Shown: positions 40,524 through 50,475 of the stretch, piece after piece
How the letters are laid out: each line of letters begins with the position of its first letter
Numbering within the stretch: the first letter of the stretch is position 1
Assembly: GCA_965243135.1 (NCBI GenBank)
Contig: OZ251539.1
Span: forward strand, 5,152,001-5,216,000
DNA length: 64,000 nucleotides
Source of the DNA: Alphaproteobacteria bacterium
Lineage (GTDB): Bacteria > Pseudomonadota > Alphaproteobacteria > MPNO01 > UBA830
Direction: 5' to 3'
Notes under the pieces: generated by a model
What the model saw: only the letters and a program-made list of their open reading frames with translations
The model's database searches: none
What the model was told of the DNA's origin: nothing
Position numbers and translations under genes: made by a program

Positions 40524-41144
40524 AGCCGGGCGGATTCGACGTCCTGTCCGGACATTTCGGCAGACGGGCACGCCTCGGCGAACGGCCGCCATTTTCCCCG
40601 GACATTTTCGCTGTCTTCCGTTTTCGCGTCGGCGTCTTCCTGCGGACGCTCCTGCGCCGTTCCCGGCGTCCCGAAACGCCGACGGCGTTCAAGAGCGGAG
40701 AGTCGCGCCGCTTCGGGCGACCGCGGATTTTCCGGCCGGCACAGCGTTTTCCCCAAAGGCCCCAAGCCAGCCCTCCGCCCGGACGCCGGCCTTGCGATGA
40801 ACGGCTGCGCCGGGCAAAACCCCGGTCGCCGCCATGACCGCCGGAAAACATCGGTTTCGAAACGACGGCATGGTCCGTTCCGGCAGGCGGCCGGCGGTCA
40901 AGTCGACGCCGAACGATGCCGATTTCGTTGGCATCTTCGTCCAGCCTTCGGCGTCGCGAGGCGGGGCGGCGCGGACTCGAGCCGTCGCAGCCGACCGGCC
41001 GGGCCGCAGCCCGCCACAATCGTCGCAGCGCAAGCGCCTCCCTCCAGCTTGACATGGAGGCGGTCCATCTTTATACGTCCGCGGACGCGAAGATTGTCCT
41101 TTTGTCCTCGGATTATTTCGCTTGAAGATAAAGGAATGGTAGAA

Positions 41145-42089
41145 ATGACTGTCGACCCGTCGTTGTATCCCGGTCTTGGGGAAATCATCGCTGCGTTGCT
41201 TGTTGTTTTTGCGCTGTTGATCATTTGGCGGGGAGTGAAGGTCGTTCCGCAATCCGACGTCTACATCGTCGAAAGGTTCGGAAAGTACATTCGCACGCTG
41301 CCTGCAGGCCTGAACTTTATCGTCCCTTTTCTTGACAGGGTTTCTCATCGGATTTCCATCCTTGAACGCCAGCTTCCTGAATTTCAAATCAGCGTTATCA
41401 CGCGAGATAACGTCGAGGTGAATCTCGAGGCGACGGTGTTCTACAGAATCGTCGATGCGGCGCGTTCCGTTTATCGAATTCGCAATGTGGATTCGGCCCT
41501 TCATACCGAAGCGACGTCGATCGTGCGTTCGGCGGCAGGACGACTGGAACTGGACGAACTGCAGTCCTCGCGCGAGTCGATGAATCAGGAAATCGGGGAG
41601 AGCCTGCAGGCCAAGTCCGATGAGTGGGGGCTCGACATCACTTCCACGGCGATTACCGATGTCGTGGTGGACGAGCAGACCAAGACTGCGCAGCGTCAGC
41701 AGTTGAACGCCGAACGCGAGCGGCGCGCCGCGATCGCTCGCGCGGAGGGCGACAAAAGGGCGGTCGAGCTCGCGGCCGAAGCCAAGTTGTTCGAGGCGCA
41801 AAAGGAAGCCGAAGCGTTGCGCGTGACCGCGGACGCGGAAGCCTACGCCGTGCGCGTAAAGGCCACTGCCGATGCCGAACAGGTTCGGTTGGTCGCCGCT
41901 TCGATCGCCGACGAAGGGCAGCCGGCCGTTGACTTTGAAGTCCTGAAGCGTCAGGTTGACGCGCTCGGTCGGCTGGCGGCCTCGGACAACGCCAAGACGG
42001 TCATCGTCCCGACGGATGTCACCGGCGTTATCGGCTCGCTGCAGTTGATCTTCGAGAACTTGCGAAGGCCTTCCGATGGGGTTTCTTGA
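41145..42089 (+). CDS. SPFH/Band 7/PHB domain protein (QmcA-like)
   Basis: N-terminal TM, VVPQ...VERFGKY...GLNFIVPFLD, ITRDNV, AERERRA coiled coil; AAGGA RBS. Confidence 0.9.
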   Translation: MTVDPSLYPGLGEIIAALLVVFALLIIWRGVKVVPQSDVYIVERFGKYIRTLPAGLNFIVPFLDRVSHRISILERQLPEFQISVITRDNVEVNLEATVFYRIVDAARSVYRIRNVDSALHTEATSIVRSAAGRLELDELQSSRESMNQEIGESLQAKSDEWGLDITSTAITDVVVDEQTKTAQRQQLNAERERRAAIARAEGDKRAVELAAEAKLFEAQKEAEALRVTADAEAYAVRVKATADAEQVRLVAASIADEGQPAVDFEVLKRQVDALGRLAASDNAKTVIVPTDVTGVIGSLQLIFENLRRPSDGVS

Positions 42090-42387
42090 TTTTCTCGCTC
42101 AATGGGTTCTTCTGCCGGAGGTCTGGGTAATTGTCGCGATCCTCTTGATCGGGGCGGATATCGTTCTCGGCTTTGAATTTTTCGTTCTTTCGATCGGAAT
42201 TGCAGCGTTGATCCTTGCAGGGCTATTGTTTGCCCAGCAGGAGGCATGGCCTGTCCATGTTCTGCTGTTCGAGACTTGGGAGGATGTCGGCATCTGGTTC
42301 GCCGGGCTGTCGATCGGTTCGATCGGTCTGATTCGATTGTGGTTGCGCCGCCGCCATTCCGCTCAGCCGGACATCAACCAGTACTGA
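42076..42387 (+). CDS. NfeD/YbbJ-like small membrane partner of the SPFH protein
   Basis: Three hydrophobic segments ending in DINQY; overlaps the SPFH stop; no OB-fold domain visible. Confidence 0.65.
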   Translation: MGFLDFLAQWVLLPEVWVIVAILLIGADIVLGFEFFVLSIGIAALILAGLLFAQQEAWPVHVLLFETWEDVGIWFAGLSIGSIGLIRLWLRRRHSAQPDINQY

Positions 42388-42919
42388 CGCCGTTTTCTTC
42401 CGTTGCTTGGATAAGGAAGCTGCGTAAGCGACGGCAACTGGCTGCTGCGCAATTGGGAGCGTTCCCGCTCCTCCGTGAACCGCCGCGGTCGGAATCGCAA
42501 TGCGCCGATCGACGCGTTCGAGGCGCCGTCGGACTGCGCGAGTTCGCGGTTCGGAAGAAAACTGCCGTGGCCGATTGACTGGGCCTTGGTGCGGACGACG
42601 GCGCCACCGTTTAGGGGGTGACGGCAAACGCCTTGTTCGCCGGGGCTTGCTGCGGCGCCTTTCGGGAAGACGGCTCGAGCTGGTTGCATGCGCAGAGGCA
42701 GAGTCCTTTTCCTCCGAAACGCGGCGCCCGGCTGCCGACCGGCGACATAGAGAGTCGGCCGGCGAACGTCGCCTGCCGGACGAGACGCACGGCGCTCGGA
42801 AACCCGCACGGCGTCGTCGCGCGAGCGACGCTTGCCCGGTACGGACGAAATCGCGATAGTGCGCGGTGCCCCTGTTCCATGGGCGAAGGGCGCGACGGGC
42901 TGGGCCGAAAGGATCTGAA

Positions 42920-43696
42920 ATGGCGGCAGTCAATGTGGAGCGGCGCGCGGACGGAATCGCGCGGGTCGCGATAAATCGGCCGGACAAGCGGAACGCGCTC
43001 AACCAGGAGGTGCGCAGCGCGCTGATAGCGGAACTGCCGGTCTTGCTCGCCGACGATGCCGTGCATGCGGTGTTGTTGACGGGAGAAGGCGGACATTTTT
43101 GCGCCGGCGGCGACATCGCCACGATGGAGGGCCTCGATGCGAGTGGCGCCCGCGCCCGCATGAAGGCCAATCACCGAATCGTCCGGATGATCGTTGAAGC
43201 GGAAAAACCGGTGGTCACGGCGATCGAGGGTTATGCGGTCGGCGCTGGAGCGGGGCTTGCGATGTTGGGAGATACGGCGGTGATCGCGGAAGGCGGCACC
43301 ATCGGCTTTCCTTTTTTCAAGGTGGGGCTGGTTCCCGATTACGCCATACTTTTCACGTTGCCGCGGCGCGCCGGAGGCGCGCGGGCGCGCCAGATTCTGC
43401 TCCACGCCAGGATGGTGAAGGCGGCGGAGGCGGTCGAGAAGGGACTCGCCGACGAAATCGCGCCGCAAGGCCGCGCGGAGGAAACGGCGGTCGAGCGCGC
43501 GCTCGCGCTTGCGTCGATGCCGCCCTTCGCCTTCGCCCTTGCCAAGCGCCAGCTCGGTTTGTGGCCCGGCAGCCTCGACGCGGCGCTCGAGATGGAAGCG
43601 CTGGCGCAGTCCGGATGCTTCGGCGCAGGCGAATTCCGGGAAGGTTTCTCGGCCTTCATGGAGAAGCGCGAACCGGATTTCCGGGGCGCGGCGTGA
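42920..43696 (+). CDS. Enoyl-CoA hydratase/isomerase family protein
   Basis: INRPDKRNALN, HFCAGGD, EGYAVGAG, KVGLVPD, FMEKREPDF motifs. Confidence 0.92.
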   Translation: MAAVNVERRADGIARVAINRPDKRNALNQEVRSALIAELPVLLADDAVHAVLLTGEGGHFCAGGDIATMEGLDASGARARMKANHRIVRMIVEAEKPVVTAIEGYAVGAGAGLAMLGDTAVIAEGGTIGFPFFKVGLVPDYAILFTLPRRAGGARARQILLHARMVKAAEAVEKGLADEIAPQGRAEETAVERALALASMPPFAFALAKRQLGLWPGSLDAALEMEALAQSGCFGAGEFREGFSAFMEKREPDFRGAA

Positions 43697-43750
43697 GCCG
43701 CGCGGGTTGCGCTTCTCGCAGGGCCGGTTCGAGCGCGGGGGAAAGGCGTT

Positions 43751-45259
43751 ATGAGGATTGATTCTCCTGAGTTCGCGATCGGAGTCGTGGGCACGGGCAC
43801 CATGGGGCGCGGCATCGCCCAGATCGCGGTAACCGGCGGCTTTCGCGTCAAGATGTTCGACGCGCAGGCGGGCGCGGCCGACGCGGCGCGGGAATTCGTG
43901 AACCGCATGATCGACCGCGCGGCGGAGAAAGGCAGGATGTCGTCCGGGGACGCCTCGGCGGCGACCGGACGGCTGCAAATTGCGGGCACCCTTGCGGATC
44001 TCGCCGGTTGCGGTCTCGTGGTGGAGGCCATCGTCGAGGACCTCGAAGCCAAGCGCACGTTGTTTCGGGAGCTCGAAGGGATCGTTTCCGACGATGCGAT
44101 CCTCGCGACCAACACCTCTTCGTTGTCGGTCACCCGCATCGCGGCCGCGTGCGGGCGGCCCGAGCGGATCGCGGGCTATCATTTCTTCAATCCGGTGCCC
44201 CTGCTCAAGGTGGTGGAGGTCGTAGCCGGAGAGCTGACCGCTCCCGAAGTCGTCGACGCGCTCGACGCCGTCGCCCGCGAATGCGGTCACGAACCGGTGC
44301 GCACCCGGGATACGCCGGGATTTCTGGTCAATCACGCGGGGCGCGGACTCTATACCGAAGGCATCCGCATCGTGGCCGAGGGGATCGCCGAGCCGCGTCA
44401 GGTCGACGACGTGATGCGGGAGGCCGCCGGCTTCCGCATGGGGCCGTTCGAGCTGATGGACACGACCGGACTCGACGTGTCCGGAGTGGTCATGGAATCC
44501 ATCTACGAGCAGTTTTACCAGGAACCCCGCTTCAGACCGCAGGCTTTCGTTCGCGGACGGATGGCTGCCGGTCTCCACGGCCGCAAGACTGGACGCGGCT
44601 TCTACGTCTACGAGGATGGCGCGAGGATCGCGCCGCCCGAGCCCGGCCCGGCGTCCGAGTTGCCGGAAGCGGTCTGGTTGGGGGGCGAAGGCGCTACCGT
44701 CCTCGGGGAGTTGCTGAACGGCAAGGTCGACGTCGAAACCGGTCCGCGACCGTCGGCGCGGGCGATTTGCATGGTAGCGCCCCTTGGCCGCGACGCGACG
44801 ATGACGGCGCTCGATCTCGGCGTCGAGCCTGAACGCACCGTCGCTGTCGATACCCTTTTCGGGACGGGCGGTCGGCGAACGTTGATGACCACCAGCGTCA
44901 CCGATCCGGGCGTGCGCGACGCGGCGCACGCGGCGCTGGCGGCCGACGGAGGCTCGGTGACGGTCATTCACGACAGTCCCGGTTTCGTCGTCCAGCGGGT
45001 GATCGCGACGATCGTGAATATTTCCGCCGAGATCGCCCAGATGCGCATTGCGACGCCCGCGGACATCGACAAGGCGGTATGCCTCGGGCTCGCCTATCCG
45101 CAGGGACCGCTTGCCTTCGGCGACGGTCTGGGACCGGCGAAAATCCTCGCGATTCTGAAGGCCATGCAGGAATTCTACGGAGATCCGCGCTATCGTCCGA
45201 GTCCGTGGCTCGTTCGTCGCGCGCGGCTCGGTGTTTCGTTGACGACGCCCGAAGCGTAG
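43751..45259 (+). CDS. paaH: 3-hydroxyacyl-CoA dehydrogenase (PaaH-like)
   Basis: GTGTMGRGIAQ, VEAIVE, TNTSSL, HFFNPVP, PGFLVN, MGPFELMD motifs; duplicated C-terminal domain. Confidence 0.88.
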   Translation: MRIDSPEFAIGVVGTGTMGRGIAQIAVTGGFRVKMFDAQAGAADAAREFVNRMIDRAAEKGRMSSGDASAATGRLQIAGTLADLAGCGLVVEAIVEDLEAKRTLFRELEGIVSDDAILATNTSSLSVTRIAAACGRPERIAGYHFFNPVPLLKVVEVVAGELTAPEVVDALDAVARECGHEPVRTRDTPGFLVNHAGRGLYTEGIRIVAEGIAEPRQVDDVMREAAGFRMGPFELMDTTGLDVSGVVMESIYEQFYQEPRFRPQAFVRGRMAAGLHGRKTGRGFYVYEDGARIAPPEPGPASELPEAVWLGGEGATVLGELLNGKVDVETGPRPSARAICMVAPLGRDATMTALDLGVEPERTVAVDTLFGTGGRRTLMTTSVTDPGVRDAAHAALAADGGSVTVIHDSPGFVVQRVIATIVNISAEIAQMRIATPADIDKAVCLGLAYPQGPLAFGDGLGPAKILAILKAMQEFYGDPRYRPSPWLVRRARLGVSLTTPEA

Positions 45260-45270
45260 AGCCGTGCGGC

Positions 45271-46918
45271 CAGAAATTCCCGCTAAGGTGGCCGCCCTTT
45301 GCGAAAGGCGCGTCGAGATAGCGTCGTTACCGAGGGATCAGCCGCCGCGACGCACCTTCCCCGCTTCGGCTTGGTGCCGACTTAGCCTTGACCATCCTGT
45401 TTCCCCTGAAAAACTTGCTTTAGCACATTCGGTCACGGTGCCAGGTCAGGAGGTGTCGTAGGGAATTCCCTCTGCTTTCCGGTATCCAAACGCGATCATT
45501 CGGTAGAGTGTTTCCCAGTCCTTCAAGAAGTATTCGAGAAACAATCCCCGCGCCTTTTCCCAGAAGTAAATGGGCCGCTTGGCCTTCGTTTGTGCCTGTT
45601 GGAACAGTTTGCAACATCGCTGTTGAATCTGGTCAATCAGGAACGCCAGCATCATCAGGAACGCAAAGACCGTCGACAGATTCTTGTTACCGTGACCGAA
45701 GTTGTGCTCAAAGCAGTAGCCTTGGTTCTTCAGGGTGTTGAAAGTTTCGTTCTCGATCTTCCAGCGCGCCCGCCCGGTGCGCATCAACTCCATCAGGTTC
45801 CCTTCGTCAATTGGCAGATCCGTGACCCAGGAGAAACGTTGTTTCTTACCGTTTGGGAGCTTCTCCCAGTATTCGAGAAAGTTCACTTTGAGGTCGAAGT
45901 GCGTATCGTTCAGAGGCACTCCGTTGAGATACCGGAATTCGTGCCGTATGTTGTCACCGTCCGTGAACTCCCGGCGCTCCACGGACGGCGCGTTGTTGAC
46001 CCACTCGAACAGGAATTTGTGGTCGCCGGGCTTCGCCCCCAGTATGAAACGCATGTCTAACTCCTTGAGAAGATTGACATGTGGTCCGTTCGAGGCCAGC
46101 CCATCTTCCAACACAACTAGCTTCAGGTGCGGGTGTTCACGACGCACATCTTCCAGAAGCCGTTTCGCTGCGTTGCGTTCGCAATCGTTCTTTTTTGCGC
46201 CGTCTTCCTTCAGGATCGGTTCCGGTGCAAACGGAAAAACCTCCTTTTGTTCCGGATGCACCAGAACGGCCCCCAACATCTGGTGGTAGTAGGTAATCGT
46301 ACCGTCGCGGTGGTGTTTCTCGCAGCAATTTTTACAGTGCACCTTGTTCGACGAGAAGTATCCCGTTCCATCGATCGAAAGAGCGTAATGCCCGTTCAGA
46401 CAAGTGTATTGTTCCAACCCCTTGCCTCGTTGCAAAACCTGGAACATCTTCGTGAAACAACGCCGCAATTGCCGCGGACAGACTTCGTCAAGCCGTTCGC
46501 GCATCGCAGTGTCCGACGGCACGCGCTTGACGCCGTATAAGGTCGCGAGGTTGTGCCGAACCGCTTCGTCGGCGTGCGCGGCTTCGTCGAATTGCAGAAG
46601 CGACGCATACTTCATACCGAACACCGCTAGACCCGACATCAGACAGTCCGTCTGGTTCAGCCCCCGGCTCGCGATCGGATCTTCAATACGGTCGAAACAA
46701 GCTCGCACTTCCTTCAGCAATCCCGGAGCGCTGAGCGTCTTGCGCATGCCTGGCATTCTGGCCATTTTGGTACAATCCCGCCTCGCCTTCGGACCACTTT
46801 CCAGAGAAAAATGCTCCGCTCGAAGGCAAATAGCCCCGAATCACCTCGAAAAGTCCACGAAAGACTTTTTTCCGGCCCCATATTTTTCAAGGGTTTCGAG
46901 CCTTAGCGGGAATTGCTG
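45271..46918 (-). mobile_element. Insertion sequence copy 1 (1648 bp)
   Basis: TIRs CAGAAATTCCCGCTAAGG (45271-45288) and CCTTAGCGGGAATTGCTG (46901-46918), 17/18 match; 9-bp TSD CCGTGCGGC at 45262-45270 and 46919-46927. Confidence 0.95.
45446..46765 (-). CDS. DDE transposase (ISNCY/ISAs1-like; family not settled)
   Basis: SIDGTG, LEDGL and RWKIENETFNTLK as candidate D-D-E regions; lies inside the TIRs. Confidence 0.9.
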   Translation of the reverse strand: MARMPGMRKTLSAPGLLKEVRACFDRIEDPIASRGLNQTDCLMSGLAVFGMKYASLLQFDEAAHADEAVRHNLATLYGVKRVPSDTAMRERLDEVCPRQLRRCFTKMFQVLQRGKGLEQYTCLNGHYALSIDGTGYFSSNKVHCKNCCEKHHRDGTITYYHQMLGAVLVHPEQKEVFPFAPEPILKEDGAKKNDCERNAAKRLLEDVRREHPHLKLVVLEDGLASNGPHVNLLKELDMRFILGAKPGDHKFLFEWVNNAPSVERREFTDGDNIRHEFRYLNGVPLNDTHFDLKVNFLEYWEKLPNGKKQRFSWVTDLPIDEGNLMELMRTGRARWKIENETFNTLKNQGYCFEHNFGHGNKNLSTVFAFLMMLAFLIDQIQQRCCKLFQQAQTKAKRPIYFWEKARGLFLEYFLKDWETLYRMIAFGYRKAEGIPYDTS

Positions 46919-47102
46919 CCGTGCGGCGGATCCAAAAGACGGGGCAGTGTCCGGAGATGCTGAAACGTCCCGGATGGCGACGGTTCCATGGAAGATATAT
47001 GCGCGACCTGCCAGAAAAAGGTTGGTTCGACGCTTTGAATCAGGAACAATCGCGAGGCGGGGCGACGGACGGTAGCCGACGCGGAACTTCGGGAGAAGGG
47101 CG

Positions 47103-48038
47103 ATGAAGAAACTTGTGCTCGAGACGACGGCGCCGTTCCAGGGACTCGCCGAGCTGGTGGCCCATCGGGAAGGCCTGTTCGAAAAGGAAGGGTTGCTTGT
47201 CGAATGGGTCGACCGCGACAAGGGCGGGCCGCTCGAGTTGCGAACGGACATCGACGTTCCGGACGGTCTCGATCCCCATTCCAGCCACGGCAAGCTGTTC
47301 GAGCAGGGCAAGGCCGACATGTACAACGCCTGCGAATGGGGCAACTACTGCCGCGTGCAGGATAGCTCCGTCGCATCGGGCCGTCAGATCGGCAGGCGCG
47401 CGATCGTGACGTTCGCCGGGATCGTCGTTCGTCCCGACTCCGATGTCTACACGCCGCAGCAACTGGCCGGGCGGCTTGTCGGCGTGCCGTTCTATTTCGG
47501 CACCCATTATCTTGCGCTGCACATGTTGGAAGGTTTTCTGACGCGGGACCGGATCAGGGTCTGCAGCGCGTCGAACGGTTCGCGCAATCGTTACGACGCG
47601 ATGATGTCGGGCGCCGTAGAGGCGACGACCCTTACCGAACCGTATCTCAGCCTGGCGGAGAAGAATGGCTGCCGCATCGTTTGTTCGGCCTTCTATCACG
47701 GAACCGAAGTGGCCTCAGATGCCGTCGACGCGGAGACCTACGCCGCTTTCAACCGCGGGGTGCGCGAGGCCGTGCGGCGCATCAACGCCGACAAGCGCAA
47801 GTATCTCCAGTACTTCATCGACTATCATCGGGAGAAGGATCCCGACATCGGGATCTTGACGGTCGACGATCTCAGGGAAAGCCGAATCGTGGTTGTCGAT
47901 CCGGCTCCGATCCCTGACGAGGAACTCGAGCGGACGGCGGAATGGATCAAGGGCTGGGGCATGCTGCGGGAGACGGAAGCGGCTGCCAATCTGGTCAACA
48001 TGGACGTGCAGGCAGGCGCGCACGTCGCCGCGGAATAG
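47103..48038 (+). CDS. NMT1/SsuA-like periplasmic-binding-protein-fold protein, no signal peptide
   Basis: GLFEKEGLLVEW, IVVRPDSDV...QLAGRLVGV, GAVEATTLTEPY motifs; GGAGA RBS. Confidence 0.72.
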   Translation: MKKLVLETTAPFQGLAELVAHREGLFEKEGLLVEWVDRDKGGPLELRTDIDVPDGLDPHSSHGKLFEQGKADMYNACEWGNYCRVQDSSVASGRQIGRRAIVTFAGIVVRPDSDVYTPQQLAGRLVGVPFYFGTHYLALHMLEGFLTRDRIRVCSASNGSRNRYDAMMSGAVEATTLTEPYLSLAEKNGCRIVCSAFYHGTEVASDAVDAETYAAFNRGVREAVRRINADKRKYLQYFIDYHREKDPDIGILTVDDLRESRIVVVDPAPIPDEELERTAEWIKGWGMLRETEAAANLVNMDVQAGAHVAAE

Positions 48039-48555
48039 CTTGACGGCCTGCGCGGGAGGAGGCGGGCTTCCGCTTCCGACCGGGTCTGGCTTGCGTTCGA
48101 CGCTTCGCTTTCCTGAAATATCGACAAGTCGGGGCCGCACCTTGGTCCCTCGGCCCGCGGGCGGCGTCTCATGCCGCCTCGGCCGCTCCCCGCAGGACCG
48201 TGTCGGGCGACATGGCGCCGCAACGCCGAAAGACGTTGCCGTAGCCGCTCGATCAGGCGGCTTCGTCAGTTCTCCCGAAGGGGCTGCCCGAGCGGCCTCG
48301 TCGAGCCGAAAACGCATCCGCAGGGCCTTGATCCGTCGAGGACGGGCGGAACGGCGCCGGATCTCTGCGCCGAGTTGCGATCCGCTTCGGGTAACGGCAT
48401 GAAAAACAATGTGGAATCGGCATCAGAAAAGGCTTTTTGAAAGCTTTTCGAGGATCTGGCGCAAATTTAAAAAAGGACGAAAGCCCTGGAACAAAGCAGG
48501 GTCAATTTTTTTCTTGTGATTTCCGGGATTTTTTTCGAAATTGTCGAATTAGGGG

Positions 48556-48584
48556 TTGACATACGACTCAAAATCTGATAAAAT
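48556..48584 (+). promoter_or_regulatory. Near-consensus sigma70 promoter with AT-rich upstream region
   Basis: TTGACA-N17-TAAAAT, preceded by about 150 bp of A/T tracts (48400-48550). Confidence 0.8.
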
Positions 48585-48590
48585 TAACCT

Positions 48591-48760
48591 GTGAGGGTCT
48601 GTTTCCGACAGAAACGGCGTCGCCAGGGAATCCTTGAAGATCCCCAACATCGTTGCGACCCCGGCGCTCAAGTGGCTCCCGTTGCCGGGAGCCACTTGAG
48701 TCCGTGGACCTTCGCTCGCCGAACGCGGCGATCGGGGGCCGTCGGAAATCGGACGCAATT
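48591..48760 (+). ncRNA. Candidate structured RNA / 5' leader of unknown family
   Basis: Closing stem 48597-48609 with 48741-48754; perfect 15-bp hairpin 48667-48700; further stems 48619-23/48655-59, 48626-32/48639-45, 48709-14/48733-38 and 48716-48731. Confidence 0.6.
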
Positions 48761-48798
48761 CCGTACTCCGACCAACATTGAAATACAGGAGAACGGAT

Positions 48799-49737
48799 AT
48801 GGATTCGAAAACACTCGAAGTCTTTGAAAGACGCGCTCGACGATACCTCGCGGCAAGCGAGAACGCCGAGCAGGCGAAGCTCGAAGTCGAACGCGGTCGG
48901 GAGCTTCTTGCGGAGACTCTTGAATACCGGTCGAAGCACTGGGACGAAGAGGTGAGGCACGAGGCGAAACGGGTTCTGCGAGGTCTGAAATCCGGCCGGC
49001 AGAACTTCGAGGCGACAATGAAGGGTCTTCGACGGGTGCGCGACATCGCGAGCAAGGCGAATCGCCGGAAAGCAAATGAAATGCTGCTTTCCGGCGAACG
49101 GACCCATGATCTTCCGGGCGGGTTCGATATCCGGGAACTGCTCACGGTCAAGAGCGTTCAGGAAGTCGGCCGAGCGTTGGGGAACTGCGTCGCGAGCAAG
49201 GGTAATGCGCGCAAGTATCTGGCGAACCGGATGTGGGCGTTGCGGGATCGGGAGAAGCAGCCGCTTTTGCTGATCTCGGTCGATTCGGACGGAGACGTCG
49301 GCGATTGCGAAGGGCGTTTTCCGGAGCCTCTGCCCGCGTCTCTTTCGAGAGACGAACGGACGGAAAGGCCTCCCGAGCCTCTGCCTCCGTCCATCGCGCG
49401 CGAGATCATGGCTGCGATAGGCGCCAAGAGCGACGGGTATGGTTCGGACGCGTTTGCGATAGGCGGCCTCGAAGTCTTCCGCGACGGCGTGCCTGACGCG
49501 CAACCTGTCGAAGTCGACGGCGTCTCGTACCGCGTCTGGATCGACCGCGCCTCCGACGAGGAGGAGCGGCAGTGCGTGATCGCCGCGGACGATGGTTCGG
49601 GATCCTGGGAGAGTTGGTCCTTGTTCAAGATCGACGACGACCGACTCGAAAAGGGCTGCGAAGGCCAGCGCCTGTCGGTAGTTGACCTGCTGCGCCTGAT
49701 GGCGAAGAGCTCGGAGATCCGCGAGCGTTTGGGCTGA
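48799..49737 (+). CDS. Hypothetical protein with a PcfJ-like segment
   Basis: AGGAGA RBS; IRELLTVKSVQEVGRALGNCVAS resembles the PcfJ LxxEGxxMxHCV motif; helical N-terminus. Confidence 0.6.
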   Translation: MDSKTLEVFERRARRYLAASENAEQAKLEVERGRELLAETLEYRSKHWDEEVRHEAKRVLRGLKSGRQNFEATMKGLRRVRDIASKANRRKANEMLLSGERTHDLPGGFDIRELLTVKSVQEVGRALGNCVASKGNARKYLANRMWALRDREKQPLLLISVDSDGDVGDCEGRFPEPLPASLSRDERTERPPEPLPPSIAREIMAAIGAKSDGYGSDAFAIGGLEVFRDGVPDAQPVEVDGVSYRVWIDRASDEEERQCVIAADDGSGSWESWSLFKIDDDRLEKGCEGQRLSVVDLLRLMAKSSEIRERLG

Positions 49738-49742
49738 GTCCC

Positions 49743-49774
49743 TTCCCTGGCCCGGCATAAGCCGGGCCAGGGAA
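49743..49774 (+). terminator. Perfect 14-bp hairpin immediately after the PcfJ-like gene
   Basis: TTCCCTGGCCCGGC-ATAA-GCCGGGCCAGGGAA; no U-tract, so it may be a stabilising or atypical terminator hairpin. Confidence 0.6.
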
Positions 49775-50475
49775 ATCGCCGAAATCGTCCGGACTGTGTG
49801 GGGCTTCCTTATCTTGGGGCTCCGCGCCTGAGCATGACGCCTCGCGCCGATTTGCTGACGCCGGCGGCATCGTCTGATTTCATGGCGAGTCTGGCGCAGC
49901 ATGCGGGCGCGCTCGCGGCGAACCGGCGCCGCAACGTCCGCATGTGCCTGGTCGTCTATGGCGTCCCTCCGGAAAATTCGACGAAGGCCGGAGAACGCGG
50001 CGTCGAGGCGAGGGCCTCCGAAAGGCGGCGCGGTCGGGGCGCTACGGAAGCGCGGGTTGGCCTGCAGGGTCGGCACCGGATTCCGGGTGGTTCGCGCCAC
50101 CGTGAAACTCGTCGAATTCCAGCGCGACTCGATCGACATGGAGGATTTTCGCAGGAATCCGCGGAGCGAGCCGGACAACCTGATCGTTACGTTCCGCAGG
50201 GATGGCGAAGCTCGGTAAAATCCGGGCGTTTCCCGCAGTTGACGGCGGGTCGGCTTTCGCCACTGTTGACGCGCCCATCAGCTTCATCCAAGGTTGCGCT
50301 TGCACACATCGACGGTCCCGCCGAGTCGGGTCGCCCGCTGAATAGAGCAGCCCGACGTTTGGCGCAAGGTAGCTCCCCGAGCCTGGGCGAACAAGTGGGG
50401 ACTGTCTCACTACAGGTGATGTCTGCAACGGCCCGGCCCCCGTCGGCGCCGAAGCAACAGACACGGAGAACGATC

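Noticed and set aside
42405-42460. Possible IS end (AAGGAAGCTGCGTAAG...) after the NfeD-like gene
   Set aside because: No partner inverted repeat, TSD or transposase found.
48591-48760. Retron msr-msd call for the structured RNA
   Set aside because: No reverse transcriptase (YADD-type motif) in the neighbouring ORFs; kept only as an unknown structured RNA.
49901-50218. 105-aa ORF ending VKLVEFQRDSIDMEDFRRNPRSEPDNLIVTFRRDGEAR
   Set aside because: The C-terminus looks protein-like and may be a gene relic, but there is no credible start or recognisable family.
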